Assembly: GCA_964445765.1 (NCBI GenBank)
Contig: CAYULD010000002.1
Span: 296,844 to 360,843 of the forward strand
DNA from: an uncultured Rickettsiales bacterium
GTDB lineage: Bacteria; Pseudomonadota; Alphaproteobacteria; Rickettsiales; UBA8987
DNA length: 64,000 nt
Direction of reading: 5' to 3'
A model generated the notes under the pieces. It had not been told where the DNA came from, did not search any database, and saw only the letters and a list, made by a program, of their open reading frames with translations. Both the position numbers and the translations under genes were made by a program. Position 1 is the stretch's first letter; each line of letters opens with the position of its first letter. This document shows, one piece after another, positions 1-10,745 of this stretch.

Positions 1-144
1 TTCATAAATATGGATTTTTGAATTTTTTAATGCGTTAATTTTTTCTAAATCATTATCAACGCAAGTAACTGAATTTCCGATTTCCGCAAGGCAAGTGCCT
101 GATACTAAGCCAACATAGCCTGTTCCAACAAAAACAATTTTCAT
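1..144 (-). CDS. ugd: UDP-glucose 6-dehydrogenase, N-terminal part (runs off window edge)
   Basis: Manual translation from ATG at 144: [48 protein letters not shown]; Rossmann GxGYVG motif typical of the UDP-glucose/GDP-mannose dehydrogenase family. Confidence 0.85.
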   Translation of the reverse strand, partial: MKIVFVGTGYVGLVSGTCLAEIGNSVTCVDNDLEKINALKNSKIHIYE

Positions 145-228
145 AATGGTAGCATTCAAATTTAATATTTTTGAAAATAGATATTTTTAATTAAAAGAAA
201 ACCCTATATTTTCAAATATTTATTCATT

Positions 229-290
229 GTCATTCCAGCGAAAGCGGTAATCTAAGACGGTTTTTGGATCTCCGCTTTCGCGGAGATGAC
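229..290. repeat. Short palindromic repeat, GTCAT...ATGAC (CGTC/RPE-like) family
   Basis: GTCATTCCAGCGAAAGCGGTAATC...GATCTCCGCTTTCGCGGAGATGAC: two hairpin halves in inverted orientation. Confidence 0.75.
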
Positions 291-326
291 GACTTAAAAA
301 GATTTTAATTTTCACCAAAATTAAAA

Positions 327-1934
327 CTAATTATCAAGCAGGTTAATTGGCACAGCAACTGAGAGAACGGTGCGATAAACAAGCTCCATAACATTTCTAG
401 CGATGGTTAAATTATCCATTTTAATTTCAGGTAGGATAATAATTTCATCACCAGCTTCTATTTTTGTTGAGCCTTCTGTTACAGTATCACCATTTTGTTT
501 AACTATAATTATACCATCTTCTTTCGCCCTTAAACTAAAGCCGCCAGCCCTGTTTATGTAGTCATCTAAATCATAATTTTTATCAAAAACCACTGCACTT
601 GGAACATTAACTTCACCTGTAACCATTACTATATTTGAAATTGAGGGGATAATTATTCTATCGCCATCTCTAACTTTTATATCTTCAATTTTGCCATCTC
701 TAGCAATTACAACTGTGCCTTTGGGCTTAATTTGCTTAGCGTTTTTAATAAAATTTTGCACCATTTGTAATTCTTGTTGCTTGATTTGGGCTTCTTGCCT
801 ATCATTTGAATTATTAACCAAAACGGCTTCTTCTAAGCGTTTTAAGGAGTTTTCTAGCGAGGCTTTTTGCCTTTTTGCAACCTCAGCCCTTTCTAAGCGA
901 ACTGCTTTATAATTTGATAAATCAGGATTAATTTTTACTTGCGCTAAAATTTCTAAAATTGAGGAATCATTAGGTGCAACCACAACATCTGGCCCTAAAT
1001 GCTCGCCTTCAACAAAAATTTTGATTTTATCTGCAATAGTTGCGGAATTAAACAAAACTGCATCACCATTTTGTAGCTGGAATTTTCTAAAATCTGTGAG
1101 GCTTAAATATTTTGCAAATGGCTTGCCAGCTCTAAAACCGCTGATAGAAACATTAGTTGCTTTATTTGTAGGCTTTGCGAAATTTATAATTTCTTGCCCA
1201 AATATAGGAGATGTTTTGAATTCAAAGATATTTTTATTGCCAACTTCACCATCAGCAGAGATGGTAAAACCCTTTTTATCAACCAAAATTACATCATTAT
1301 CTTTAAGCTGAAAAGCTGGAATTTGACCATTAATAAGAAATTGGTAAATATCAAAAGATTCAATAGTTTTTTTATCTCTAATAATATTAATTTTTCTAAA
1401 ACTGCCTGTATCAAAATTTATTCCTTGTGCTTGATCTATAAAGTTAAGTAGCGTATCTTTCGCCATTCCTGCGTATCTGCCCGGCCTATTAATGCCACCA
1501 GTAACAAAAACTGAAAGCGGTTTAGTGCCGTTTAATGTAGTATAAATTTCAACTTCGCTTGGATAAATTTTTCTAACTTCTGCCTTAACTTTGTTATTAA
1601 GCTGAGAATTAGCAACGCCTGAAACTTTAATTGGCCCAATTTGAGGGATAAAAATATTGCCTTGATTATCAACCTTTAGGGTTTCCTTAAATTCAAATAA
1701 GCCCCATATTGCGATGGTTATTTCATCACCAACTTGAATTAAATAATTTGAGTTAAGCCCACCAGTTTTATCAGCGCCAAATTGACCAGTGAAAAGGTTT
1801 TCACCAAAGGGTTTGAGGGTGTTATCATCATCAGCAAAATCAATCTTTTCAAAATTATAACTAGCTATTGCATTAACTTCTGCAATTAGGGTTACGATAA
1901 TTAATATTGCTATTATTTGAAATATTTTCTTCAT
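327..1934 (-). CDS. kpsD: Capsular polysaccharide export protein (KpsD/Wza family, Poly_export + SLBB domains)
   Basis: Signal peptide; PFGENLF, YLIQVGDEITIAIWG, VDNQGNIFIPQIGPIKVSG and repeated SLBB motifs; near kpsC/kpsS. Confidence 0.85.
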   Translation of the reverse strand: MKKIFQIIAILIIVTLIAEVNAIASYNFEKIDFADDDNTLKPFGENLFTGQFGADKTGGLNSNYLIQVGDEITIAIWGLFEFKETLKVDNQGNIFIPQIGPIKVSGVANSQLNNKVKAEVRKIYPSEVEIYTTLNGTKPLSVFVTGGINRPGRYAGMAKDTLLNFIDQAQGINFDTGSFRKINIIRDKKTIESFDIYQFLINGQIPAFQLKDNDVILVDKKGFTISADGEVGNKNIFEFKTSPIFGQEIINFAKPTNKATNVSISGFRAGKPFAKYLSLTDFRKFQLQNGDAVLFNSATIADKIKIFVEGEHLGPDVVVAPNDSSILEILAQVKINPDLSNYKAVRLERAEVAKRQKASLENSLKRLEEAVLVNNSNDRQEAQIKQQELQMVQNFIKNAKQIKPKGTVVIARDGKIEDIKVRDGDRIIIPSISNIVMVTGEVNVPSAVVFDKNYDLDDYINRAGGFSLRAKEDGIIIVKQNGDTVTEGSTKIEAGDEIIILPEIKMDNLTIARNVMELVYRTVLSVAVPINLLDN

Positions 1935-2206
1935 TAGGCACTGTTAGCAAAGTTTTATAAAATTTGTTATGTGTCAAAAATTGTTATATACAAGGCAGAA
2001 AGTGAGGGTAATAGTTATTCATATTACCGAGCTTTCTAACGAAGTAGATAGCAATTTTTGTCATAACCTAAAAGGCAATTATTAATTTTGGCATATAACA
2101 GCGATAAATTTTTTGAAATATGGATAACTATTCCTTCAAAATTTATCTTGTTCTCTGCCAAAATTAATCAAATTGCAAATTTATAAAACTTTGCTAACAG
2201 TGCCTA
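1935..2206. mobile_element. ~272-bp structured palindromic element (MITE/REPIN-like), copy 1
   Basis: 27-bp perfect terminal inverted repeat TAGGCACTGTTAGCAAAGTTTTATAAA; two internal hairpin arms; homologous in opposite orientation to 13811-14085 and 36713-36983. Confidence 0.8.
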
Positions 2207-2209
2207 AAA

Positions 2210-2584
2210 CTATAATGTTAAATCGTTATAGTGAATTTCTTTACCATTGGCAAATTGGCATTTTACAGAGCCTTCCAGCTTATTATTAACCATATTTCTA
2301 ACTCTAGTGCATTTAGCACCTATTGCGGAGATGTAGTTTTCCCTTAAAACCTCTTTAATTGCAGAATTTTCGCCATTATGTTGGTAAGAGGTTGAATTAT
2401 TGCCTATAACTCTTTTTTGGCTTCTAACTTCATTTTGATAATCCTGCCACGCAGATTGCCCTTCATATCCGCCATTTTCATCTTCAGAGCAGGCAGAAAG
2501 GAGCAAAAATATTAATCCACAGGATATAAATAACTCTTTCACAATAAATATATTGATTAATTTAGGGGTATAAGTTTTACTCAA
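2210..2584 (-). CDS. Hypothetical lipoprotein in capsule locus
   Basis: Lipobox LSAC after a hydrophobic stretch; start uncertain; upstream of kpsD. Confidence 0.55.
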   Translation of the reverse strand: MSKTYTPKLINIFIVKELFISCGLIFLLLSACSEDENGGYEGQSAWQDYQNEVRSQKRVIGNNSTSYQHNGENSAIKEVLRENYISAIGAKCTRVRNMVNNKLEGSVKCQFANGKEIHYNDLTL

Positions 2585-2608
2585 AATATATAATCAAGTC
2601 ATCAAATA

Positions 2609-4669
2609 GTGATAAATTTTGCTGAAAATACGCAATTTTCTTCCGCAGGTGTGTATACAAAAGGACTATACAGGAAAATCAGTACGCTAAAATCATTCCT
2701 TCCAGAGATTGAAAATATCAAATTTTTTGAGAAAAAACCCGAAGTAATTCTTGGTTGGGGTAAGAAAAATAGCTCAATGCCAGCGAGATTAATTTCAAAA
2801 TACTCCCAAAAGCCATATATTGCACTTGAAGATGGTTTTATAAGATCCGTTGGGCTTGGAAGCCATAACTGGCCGGCACTTTCAATGATTATTGATAAGA
2901 AATCAATTTACTATGATTGCTATAACCCCTCTGATTTAGATATTTTATTACAAAAAACTGAATTCACACCAGAGCTTATAAAAAGGGCAAAAACTAATAT
3001 TGATTTTATAAAAGAAAATAAAATCACCAAATATAATACAGGCGTTAATTATGAAGAATCAAATTTCAGATTTAAGCATAGTAAAAATATTTTATTGATA
3101 GATCAAACTTTCAATGATGCTTCTGTAAAATTATCAGGGGCGGGTGAGGAAGATTTTGATAAGATGCTTAGTTTTGCTCGCAAAATTTATCCAAATCACA
3201 ATTTAGTTATAAAATCTCATCCTGAAATTATCTCTGGCAAAAAGAAGGGTTATCTTAGAAAATATTATGCTGATAAAAACTTCCAAATTATTAGTGAAGA
3301 TATAAATATTTATTCATTAATAGATTATGTTGAGGCGGTTTTTACCGTTTGCTCAACCACAGGGTTTGAAGCGTTAATTGCAGGGGCGAATGTTTATACA
3401 ATCGGCAGAAGTTTTTATAGTGGCTGGGGCTTAACAAAAGATAACAGAAAGCCCTTGAAAGAAAGAAAAAACCTAATTTTAGAAGAATTATTTGCAGTTA
3501 CTTATTTAATTTATCCTAGATATATCAACCCTTATGAAAGGAAGCTCACAACCCCAGAATATGTTTTTGATTTGATAAAATGGCTTAGAGATAAATATAA
3601 ATTTCATTCAAAATCGTATCATTGCATTGGCTTTACTTACTGGAAACAGAATTTTGTATCAGATTTTCTTAAAACGCCTTTTAATCAAGTAAATTTTTAT
3701 AAAAGTGAAAATCAAGCAATTAAAAATGCTAAAAAAGATAATGGCGATATCATAGTTTGGAGTTCAAAAGAAAGTGAGAGCCTAAAAGAAAAAGCAAAAT
3801 CTGAAAATCTGCCAATTAAAAGAATGGAAGATGGCTTTATAAGATCAATCGGGCTTGGCTCAAACTTAATTCCAGCCTCTTCATTAGTGGTTGATAGTTT
3901 AGGGATTTATTATAACTCAGAAAACCCATCAGATTTAGAAAATATTATAAATAATCTAAGGCTAACTAGAGAAAAGAAAAACCAAGCTAGAGATTTAATA
4001 AATTTGATCACTGAAAATAATATTACTAAATATAATTTTAAGGTGAATGACCTTAAATATTATCTGCCAAAAAATAAGAAAATAGTTTTAGTAATAGGGC
4101 AGGTTGAAGATGATGCCTCTGTAAAAGCAAGCAAAGGACAGGTGAAAACCAATCTTAAATTGCTAGAAGAGGCAAGAAAGCAAGAGCCATTTTCATATAT
4201 AATTTATAAACCCCACCCAGATGTTGTTGCTGGCAATCGGGTGGGGCATATTCCAAAAATTATAGCACAACAATATGCTGATTTAGTTGTTGAAACCGCA
4301 AGCATCACTAATTTGGTTAAAAGATGTGATGTTGTATATACAATTTCTTCATTTGTTGGCTTTGAAGCATTGCTTGCTAGAAAGCAGGTAAAAACTTTTG
4401 GTGCACCATTTTATGCAGGTTGGGGGCTTACTGAAGATATTTTATTCTTTATTAATCGCAGTCGCAGAATATCACTTGAGCATTTAGTTTATGCCACCTT
4501 GATTGAATATCCGCTTTATTTTGATTTAGAGGCAAAATTACCCTGCACCGCTGAAATAATTATAAATAAATTTATCAATAAGCCGTTTGAAATATCAAAA
4601 ACTGAGTTAAATAGTAAAAAATTAGGTTTAATAAGATTCATCAAAAAACATTTTTTTAATGAACGCTAA
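2609..4669 (+). CDS. kpsC: Capsular polysaccharide beta-Kdo transferase KpsC/LipA
   Basis: Two tandem domains, each with EDGFIRS.GLG, TKYN, K.HP and FY.GWGLT.D motifs. Confidence 0.9.
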   Translation: MINFAENTQFSSAGVYTKGLYRKISTLKSFLPEIENIKFFEKKPEVILGWGKKNSSMPARLISKYSQKPYIALEDGFIRSVGLGSHNWPALSMIIDKKSIYYDCYNPSDLDILLQKTEFTPELIKRAKTNIDFIKENKITKYNTGVNYEESNFRFKHSKNILLIDQTFNDASVKLSGAGEEDFDKMLSFARKIYPNHNLVIKSHPEIISGKKKGYLRKYYADKNFQIISEDINIYSLIDYVEAVFTVCSTTGFEALIAGANVYTIGRSFYSGWGLTKDNRKPLKERKNLILEELFAVTYLIYPRYINPYERKLTTPEYVFDLIKWLRDKYKFHSKSYHCIGFTYWKQNFVSDFLKTPFNQVNFYKSENQAIKNAKKDNGDIIVWSSKESESLKEKAKSENLPIKRMEDGFIRSIGLGSNLIPASSLVVDSLGIYYNSENPSDLENIINNLRLTREKKNQARDLINLITENNITKYNFKVNDLKYYLPKNKKIVLVIGQVEDDASVKASKGQVKTNLKLLEEARKQEPFSYIIYKPHPDVVAGNRVGHIPKIIAQQYADLVVETASITNLVKRCDVVYTISSFVGFEALLARKQVKTFGAPFYAGWGLTEDILFFINRSRRISLEHLVYATLIEYPLYFDLEAKLPCTAEIIINKFINKPFEISKTELNSKKLGLIRFIKKHFFNER

Positions 4670-5855
4670 CAATAGAAATTTTTTACTTCTGCAAGGCCCT
4701 ATGAGTTATTTTTTTAGGGAGGTTTATTTTCATCTAAAATCTAAAAATTATAATGTTAAAAAAATTTGTTTTAACGGTGGTGATTTATTTTTATCATCTG
4801 GCATTGAAACTATAAAATATACTGAAAAAGCACAAAATTTCATAGAATTTTTAGAAAAATTAGACGCTGGAAATAATTTTACTGATGTTGTTTTTTATAA
4901 TGATTGCAGGTTTTATCACTCAGAAGCTAAAAGGTTTTTTGCTAATAAAAATGTAAAATTCCACATCTTTGAAGAAGGCTATTTCAGGCCATATTGGGTT
5001 ACTTATGAAAATATTGGGGTGAATAATTTTTCTAATATTCCGAGGGATAAAAATTTTTATGAAAATCTAAAACCTTATGATGAAGAAAATCATATTTTCA
5101 AAAAATTCAAATCAACTTTTGCGAAGAAAATTTTATATACTTATATTTACTATGTTTTTAGAACTTATTTTGAAAAATCAGATTTTAAGTTTTATATTCC
5201 ACACAGAACAACCCCGCCAGAGATTGAGGCAAATGGCTGGTTTAAGAAGTTGTTACTTCACAAAATAAAATCTATATTTAACAATAAAAGACAAAAGAAA
5301 TTTCTTTCATTAGGCAAAAAATTTTTTCTGATTGCTTTGCAATTATGCTCAGATAGCCAAATTCAATTTCATTCTGATTATAAAGATATGAAAGATTTTC
5401 TTGTTAATGTTATTAAAGATTTTGCAGAAAATTCTCCAGAAGATACTTATCTTGTTGTAAAATCTCACCCAGAAGATAACGGCGTTGCAGAGCTTGAAAA
5501 ATTTGTGCTAGAAATAGCAGAAAAACATAATCTAAAAGAAAGAATATATTATTTTGATGGCGGCAATATGCCAAAATTTTTAGATGCAATGCTAGCAATG
5601 GTAACCATAAATTCAACCGCTGGAATTTCAGCTTTGCATCATAATAAGCCAGTGAAATTAATGGGCAGAGCTTTTTATAATTTTGCAGGGCTTACTGATC
5701 AAAAAAATTTGGCAGAATTTTGGCATAATCAAGAAAAGCCAGATGAATTATTGTTCCAAAAATTTAAGAATTACATAATGCAAAAAACACAAATTAACGG
5801 CTCATTTTACTCCAAGGAAGGTATAAATTTAATTCTGAATAATATTAGGTTTTAA
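4659..5855 (+). CDS. kpsS: Capsular polysaccharide biosynthesis protein KpsS/LipB
   Basis: LLLQGP, FEEGYFRP.W.T.E..GVN, LQ...DSQI, KSHP, TINST.G motifs; overlaps the kpsC stop. Confidence 0.9.
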   Translation: MNANNRNFLLLQGPMSYFFREVYFHLKSKNYNVKKICFNGGDLFLSSGIETIKYTEKAQNFIEFLEKLDAGNNFTDVVFYNDCRFYHSEAKRFFANKNVKFHIFEEGYFRPYWVTYENIGVNNFSNIPRDKNFYENLKPYDEENHIFKKFKSTFAKKILYTYIYYVFRTYFEKSDFKFYIPHRTTPPEIEANGWFKKLLLHKIKSIFNNKRQKKFLSLGKKFFLIALQLCSDSQIQFHSDYKDMKDFLVNVIKDFAENSPEDTYLVVKSHPEDNGVAELEKFVLEIAEKHNLKERIYYFDGGNMPKFLDAMLAMVTINSTAGISALHHNKPVKLMGRAFYNFAGLTDQKNLAEFWHNQEKPDELLFQKFKNYIMQKTQINGSFYSKEGINLILNNIRF

Positions 5856-5895
5856 TTTAAGTCTTCATTTTCTCAAATCTAGAACCAAAAATATT

Positions 5896-7740
5896 CTAAT
5901 CTGCACTATTACTTACTTTTCTAGCTTTTTCAACGGCGTCTTTTGCTTTAGGGGAGAGCTGAATATTAAGCTCACGAAGCTGTTTTTCTTCCACAAAGCA
6001 AGGGGCGTTCATCAGTAAATCTTCAGCATTTTGATTAAGTGGGAAGGCTATAATCTCACGAATATTTGGCTCATCCGCAAGTAACATCACCATTCTATCA
6101 ACGCCGGGGGCAATACCACCGTGAGGGGGGGCGCCATACTTAAATGCACGAATCATACCACCGAATTTTTCATCAACCACTTCTTTGCCGTAACCTGCAA
6201 TTTCAAATGCTTTATACATTAATTCTGGCTTATGATTTCTTATCGCACCGCTTGAAAGCTCAATTCCATTGCATACAATATCATATTGGAAGGCTTTAAT
6301 TGCGAGTAAATCTTCCTTAGTTTTAGCATTTTCTAGGGCTTCAATTCCACCTTGTGGCATTGAAAATGGATTATGCGAGAAGATGATTTTGTTTTCTTCT
6401 TCATCCCATTCATAATAAGGGAAATCAGTAATCCAGCAGAATTTGAAACAATCTTTTTCAAGTAGATTTAATTCTTCACCAATAATTTTGCGGAATTCAC
6501 CTGCCTGTTTAGCAGCTTTATCTTTCACACCACAAGCAAAGAATAAGCCATCACCAGCTTTGATATTATTTTGAGTTTTAAGTTTTTCAATTTGCTCTGG
6601 AGTTAAATTTTTTGCTATTGGGCCTTTGGCTTCCCCAGTTGCTTCATCAAATATGATATAGCCTAAGCCAGCATAGCCAAGCTCTTTCGCAAGATCATTC
6701 TTTCTATCAAAAAAGCCACGACCTAATTTTGCAGTTTGCGGGGCAGGTATCGCACGAACTATCGCACCGCTTTCAATTTGTTTCGCAAAAATTCCAAAAT
6801 TAGAATTTCGGAAAACCTCAGTTGCATCAGAAATAATCAGCGGATTGCGTAAATCTGGCTTATCAGAGCCATATTTTAGCATTGCTTCATCATATTTAAT
6901 ATGCGGAAATGGATTTGCAGTAACCTTCTTACCATTTCCGAATTTTGTGAATAAATGCGTCATTAATGGCTCAACGGCTGCGAAAACATCGTCTTGTGTA
7001 ACGAAGCTCATCTCCATATCTAGTTGATAAAACTCACCGGGAGAGCGGTCTGCACGAGCATCTTCATCACGGAAGCAAGGTGCAATTTGGAAATATCTAT
7101 CAAAGCCACTTATCATAAGAAGCTGCTTGAATTGTTGTGGCGCTTGTGGAAGTGCGTAAAATTTACCCGGATTTAAGCGGCTTGGAACCAAGAAATCCCT
7201 AGCACCTTCAGGTGAAGAAGCGGTTAGAATAGGGGTTTGAAACTCTATAAAGCCTTGCCCTGTCATAAAATGGCGTATTTCTGAAATAACCTGTGAGCGA
7301 AGAACTATATTTTTATGAATTTTTTCACGACGCAAATCTAGGAAACGATATTTTAGACGGGTATTTTCAGGAAATTCTTTATCAGTATTCACTTGCACTG
7401 GAAGTTGCTCATCTTCAACGAGGCTTTCAGCAATTAAATCTTCAACCACAACTTCAATTTCACCGGTTGCCATTTTATTATTCACTGCCTCTGCCGCCCT
7501 TTCAATTACTTTACCAGTGATAGTAATAACAGATTCAAAGCGGATTTTATCAGCCTCTTCAGGGCTTATTTTACCACCTTGAGGAAAAACTAATTGGGTA
7601 ATGCCATAATGATCACGCAGATCAATAAATAAAACGCCACCGTGATCGCGTTTTCTATGCACCCAGCCAGATAGGCGAGTCTGCTTGCCAGCGTCTGATT
7701 TTTTAAGCTGATTACAATTATGTGTTCTATATTTATGCAT
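5896..7740 (-). CDS. aspS: Aspartate-tRNA ligase
   Basis: MHKYRTHNC start, [39 protein letters not shown]; start reassigned to ATG at 7740. Confidence 0.97.
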   Translation of the reverse strand: MHKYRTHNCNQLKKSDAGKQTRLSGWVHRKRDHGGVLFIDLRDHYGITQLVFPQGGKISPEEADKIRFESVITITGKVIERAAEAVNNKMATGEIEVVVEDLIAESLVEDEQLPVQVNTDKEFPENTRLKYRFLDLRREKIHKNIVLRSQVISEIRHFMTGQGFIEFQTPILTASSPEGARDFLVPSRLNPGKFYALPQAPQQFKQLLMISGFDRYFQIAPCFRDEDARADRSPGEFYQLDMEMSFVTQDDVFAAVEPLMTHLFTKFGNGKKVTANPFPHIKYDEAMLKYGSDKPDLRNPLIISDATEVFRNSNFGIFAKQIESGAIVRAIPAPQTAKLGRGFFDRKNDLAKELGYAGLGYIIFDEATGEAKGPIAKNLTPEQIEKLKTQNNIKAGDGLFFACGVKDKAAKQAGEFRKIIGEELNLLEKDCFKFCWITDFPYYEWDEEENKIIFSHNPFSMPQGGIEALENAKTKEDLLAIKAFQYDIVCNGIELSSGAIRNHKPELMYKAFEIAGYGKEVVDEKFGGMIRAFKYGAPPHGGIAPGVDRMVMLLADEPNIREIIAFPLNQNAEDLLMNAPCFVEEKQLRELNIQLSPKAKDAVEKARKVSNSAD

Positions 7741-7749
7741 CTTAATAGA

Positions 7750-7778
7750 AGTTAGAGATTGGGGTTTAGGGATTAGCA
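7750..7778. repeat. Degenerate heptamer tandem repeat upstream of aspS
   Basis: GTTAGAG-ATTGGGG-TTTAGGG-ATTAGC, 7-nt period. Confidence 0.5.
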
Positions 7779-7858
7779 ATTTTTATGCTTTTCTAATTCC
7801 TAGACACTGCAAACTTATTGAGTATATTACTCTGAAAATCAAGAATTTTATAAGATAA

Positions 7859-8653
7859 ATGCGTTTAGAAAAGAAATTTCAAGAATTATCAGCAAGTAAT
7901 AAAAAGGCTTTTATTTGCTATTTAATGGCTTGCGATCCAGCGGAAGAATTTACTAATAATATCTTACCTAAAATGGCTGAAACTGGCTGTGATATTATTG
8001 AGTTAGGTATTCCATTTTCTGACCCAATGGCAGAAGGGCAAATTATTCAAGATGCAACAAAAAGAGCATTAAAAAATAATTGCGACATTAATAAAGTTTT
8101 TGAAATTGCATCAAATTTTAGAAAAAAAAATAATCATACGCCAATAATTTTAATGGGCTATTATAACCCTGTTTTGAAATATGGTATTCAAGAATTTCTT
8201 GAAAAATCAAAAGTTTCAGGGGTTGATGGCTTTATAATCGTTGATTTGCCTTTTGAAGAAGAAAATGAATTCACCAAATTTAGTGATGAATATAACCTCC
8301 CTTTAATAAGGCTTACTACCCCAACCACTGATGAAAATCGTGCTGAGAAAATTCTAAAAACCGCTAAAGGTTTTGTTTATCACATCACCGTTGCAGGCGT
8401 AACAGGGCAGAAGGAAGCCATTGCTGATTTAGTTTCTTCTGGAATTAAGAAAATTAAAAAATATACAAGCCTTCCAGTTTGTGCAGGTTTTGGTATTAAA
8501 ACACCTGAGCAAGCAGAAGCAGTTGCAAAAAATGCTGATGGCATTGTTATTGGCTCCGCACTTATAAAAATGATTGAAGAAAATCTTACTAACCTAAAAA
8601 TTGCAGAAGAAAAAATATTAGAATTTATCAGAAATGTGAGAGCTAAAATTTGA
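7859..8653 (+). CDS. trpA: Tryptophan synthase alpha subunit
   Basis: IELGIPFSDPMAEG, LMGYYNP, GVTG, GFGIKTPEQ, DGIVIGSA. Confidence 0.95.
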   Translation: MRLEKKFQELSASNKKAFICYLMACDPAEEFTNNILPKMAETGCDIIELGIPFSDPMAEGQIIQDATKRALKNNCDINKVFEIASNFRKKNNHTPIILMGYYNPVLKYGIQEFLEKSKVSGVDGFIIVDLPFEEENEFTKFSDEYNLPLIRLTTPTTDENRAEKILKTAKGFVYHITVAGVTGQKEAIADLVSSGIKKIKKYTSLPVCAGFGIKTPEQAEAVAKNADGIVIGSALIKMIEENLTNLKIAEEKILEFIRNVRAKI

Positions 8654-8666
8654 TTACACTATTTAC

Positions 8667-9770
8667 CTATAGCTCAATAAATTCTATATTATTTAGGCCG
8701 GTGAAATTGGTTTTTTCTGTTCCAGTAAGCCAAGTTTGGCAATCAACTTCTTTAATGAAATTAAATAATTTGCCCCTTTTTTCTTCATCTAAATGTGCAA
8801 TTACTTCATCTAATAACAACACAGGAAAAAACCCCGTTTGGCTTTTTTTAGCAATAACTGATGCTATAGTTATTGAGAGTAAAATCGCCTTTTGCTCCCC
8901 CTGAGAGCATAATTCCGCTGGCATATTTTTTACGCTATGAATGGCTCTAAAATCTGTTTTATGAATTCCAAAATTTGTCTTTTTAGAATTTGCATCTAGA
9001 TGGCGGTTTTCTCTAAGTTTTTCCTTGAAATAATTTTCTACTAAAATTGCTTTTTTATTTTGTGAAATATAATTTTCTACCTCCCCAATTAAGCTCAAAT
9101 TAGCAATCGGAAAGCCTGAATCATAAGCATTTTTCATAGAGTTATTAAGCCTTTCACATAACTCAAGGCGGGCATAAGTTATTGCAATAGCTTTTTCAGC
9201 CATTTTTTGCTCAAGGCTGGTTAGCCAATAATCATCAAAATTATTTGTGATAAGTAATTTTCTTCTCTCTGATTTCGCCAGATTATAAACTATTAGTAAA
9301 TCTGAATAATCAGAAAAAAATAACTCACATAAATTATCTAAATAATCCCTTCTGGAAGTTAAACCTTGAGAGAAAACTTGATCTTGCATAGGCGTTAATG
9401 CCGTGTAATTAAAATGCTCTGAAAGCTCTTTGGGTGATCTAACCTCTTGCTGGTTAATTCTCACCCTGCGTTTTTCCTTTCCTGATTGCGTATAATCAAG
9501 GCTTGTGCCAATTTGTGCTTCACCTTCTAACCCAAAAATTTCAGCGTATATAACAAAATTTTCAGATGGATTTTTGATATTTTTAATCTCTTGCAGTTTT
9601 GCATTTCTTAAGCCTTTACCACTATAGAGCAATGAGATTGCCTCAAGAATATTGGTTTTTCCAACGCCATTTTTACCAATGATTGCAATATTTTTTGCCT
9701 GCGGTGAATATTCAAAATTCAGATGATTTCTATAATTAGATAAGGCTATTTTATTAATTTTTATATTCAC
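8667..9770 (-). CDS. recF: DNA replication/repair protein RecF
   Basis: Walker A GKNGVGKTNILEAIS, CSQGEQK, LLLDEVIAHLD. Confidence 0.93.
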   Translation of the reverse strand: MNIKINKIALSNYRNHLNFEYSPQAKNIAIIGKNGVGKTNILEAISLLYSGKGLRNAKLQEIKNIKNPSENFVIYAEIFGLEGEAQIGTSLDYTQSGKEKRRVRINQQEVRSPKELSEHFNYTALTPMQDQVFSQGLTSRRDYLDNLCELFFSDYSDLLIVYNLAKSERRKLLITNNFDDYWLTSLEQKMAEKAIAITYARLELCERLNNSMKNAYDSGFPIANLSLIGEVENYISQNKKAILVENYFKEKLRENRHLDANSKKTNFGIHKTDFRAIHSVKNMPAELCSQGEQKAILLSITIASVIAKKSQTGFFPVLLLDEVIAHLDEEKRGKLFNFIKEVDCQTWLTGTEKTNFTGLNNIEFIEL

Positions 9771-9820
9771 AAAAATATATGTCAGATTATAATCAGCACT
9801 AGAAATATATATAAAATAAA

Positions 9821-10702
9821 ATGAAAAAAGTTAAAACTGCAATCTTTCCAGTTGGGGGGCTAGGCACAAGGTTTTTGCCTGCAACTAAGGCTTTACCCAA
9901 AGAGATGCTAACAATTGTTGATAAGCCAATTATCCAATATGCTTTTGAAGAAGCAAAAAATTCAGGAATAGAAAAATTTATTTTTATAACCGGTAGAAAT
10001 AAAAATGTTATCTCAAATCATTTTGATCATGTTTTTGAATTACAAAAAGTGCTTGAAGATAAACAAAAAAGTGAGGTTCTTGCACTTACTAAAGATTGGT
10101 TGCCACCGGCTGGAAGCATTGCATTTATTAGGCAACAACAGCCATTGGGTCTAGGACACGCAGTGTTATGCGCAAGAAATTTTCTTCAAAATGATGAGCC
10201 TTTTGCAGTTTTGCTCGCTGATGAATTATTCTATAACCCAGCTAAGCCAGTTCTCTCGCAAATGATTGATATTTGGAACAAAAAACAAGGCGGAAATATT
10301 ATCGCTGTAAGAGAAGTTGAAAAGCACAAAACTAGCTCTTATGGTGTTATAAAGCCAGCTTCAGAAAAGCAGGATAATTTTATAAAAATTGCTGAGATGG
10401 TTGAAAAGCCTAAATCTGAAGAGGCTCCTTCAAATTTTGCTATCGTTGGCAGATATATTTTAAGCCCTGAAATTTTCTCATATTTAGATAAAACTAACGC
10501 TGATAAAAATGGTGAAATTCAACTTACATCTGCCCTTGATGCAATGGCTAAAGGTGGGATTAATAGTTACGGTGCATTAGTTGAAGGTGAAAGATTTGAT
10601 TGTGGTGCTAGAAGAGGTTTTGTTGAAGCAAATATCGCCCTTGCCCTGCACAACCCAGAAATGCGAGAAGATATTCTTAAATTAGTAAAAAGATATAGTT
10701 AA
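9821..10702 (+). CDS. galU: UTP-glucose-1-phosphate uridylyltransferase
   Basis: PVGGLGTRFLPATKALPKEML, QPLGLGHAV, VEKP, GEIQLT. Confidence 0.95.
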   Translation: MKKVKTAIFPVGGLGTRFLPATKALPKEMLTIVDKPIIQYAFEEAKNSGIEKFIFITGRNKNVISNHFDHVFELQKVLEDKQKSEVLALTKDWLPPAGSIAFIRQQQPLGLGHAVLCARNFLQNDEPFAVLLADELFYNPAKPVLSQMIDIWNKKQGGNIIAVREVEKHKTSSYGVIKPASEKQDNFIKIAEMVEKPKSEEAPSNFAIVGRYILSPEIFSYLDKTNADKNGEIQLTSALDAMAKGGINSYGALVEGERFDCGARRGFVEANIALALHNPEMREDILKLVKRYS

Positions 10703-10745
10703 TCTAAGTTTTTGTTATTAGAACTAGTTAAATTTTGCTCAAGAA

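Noticed and set aside
1937-1951. IS26/IS6-like end (GGCACTGTTAGCAAA versus GGCACTGTTGCAAA)
   Set aside because: No transposase, no 8-bp target duplication, and sister copies have unrelated ends; probably coincidental
2010-2135. DnaA-box-like TTATYCATA in the element loops
   Set aside because: One mismatch from consensus in an AT-rich genome, and no origin context
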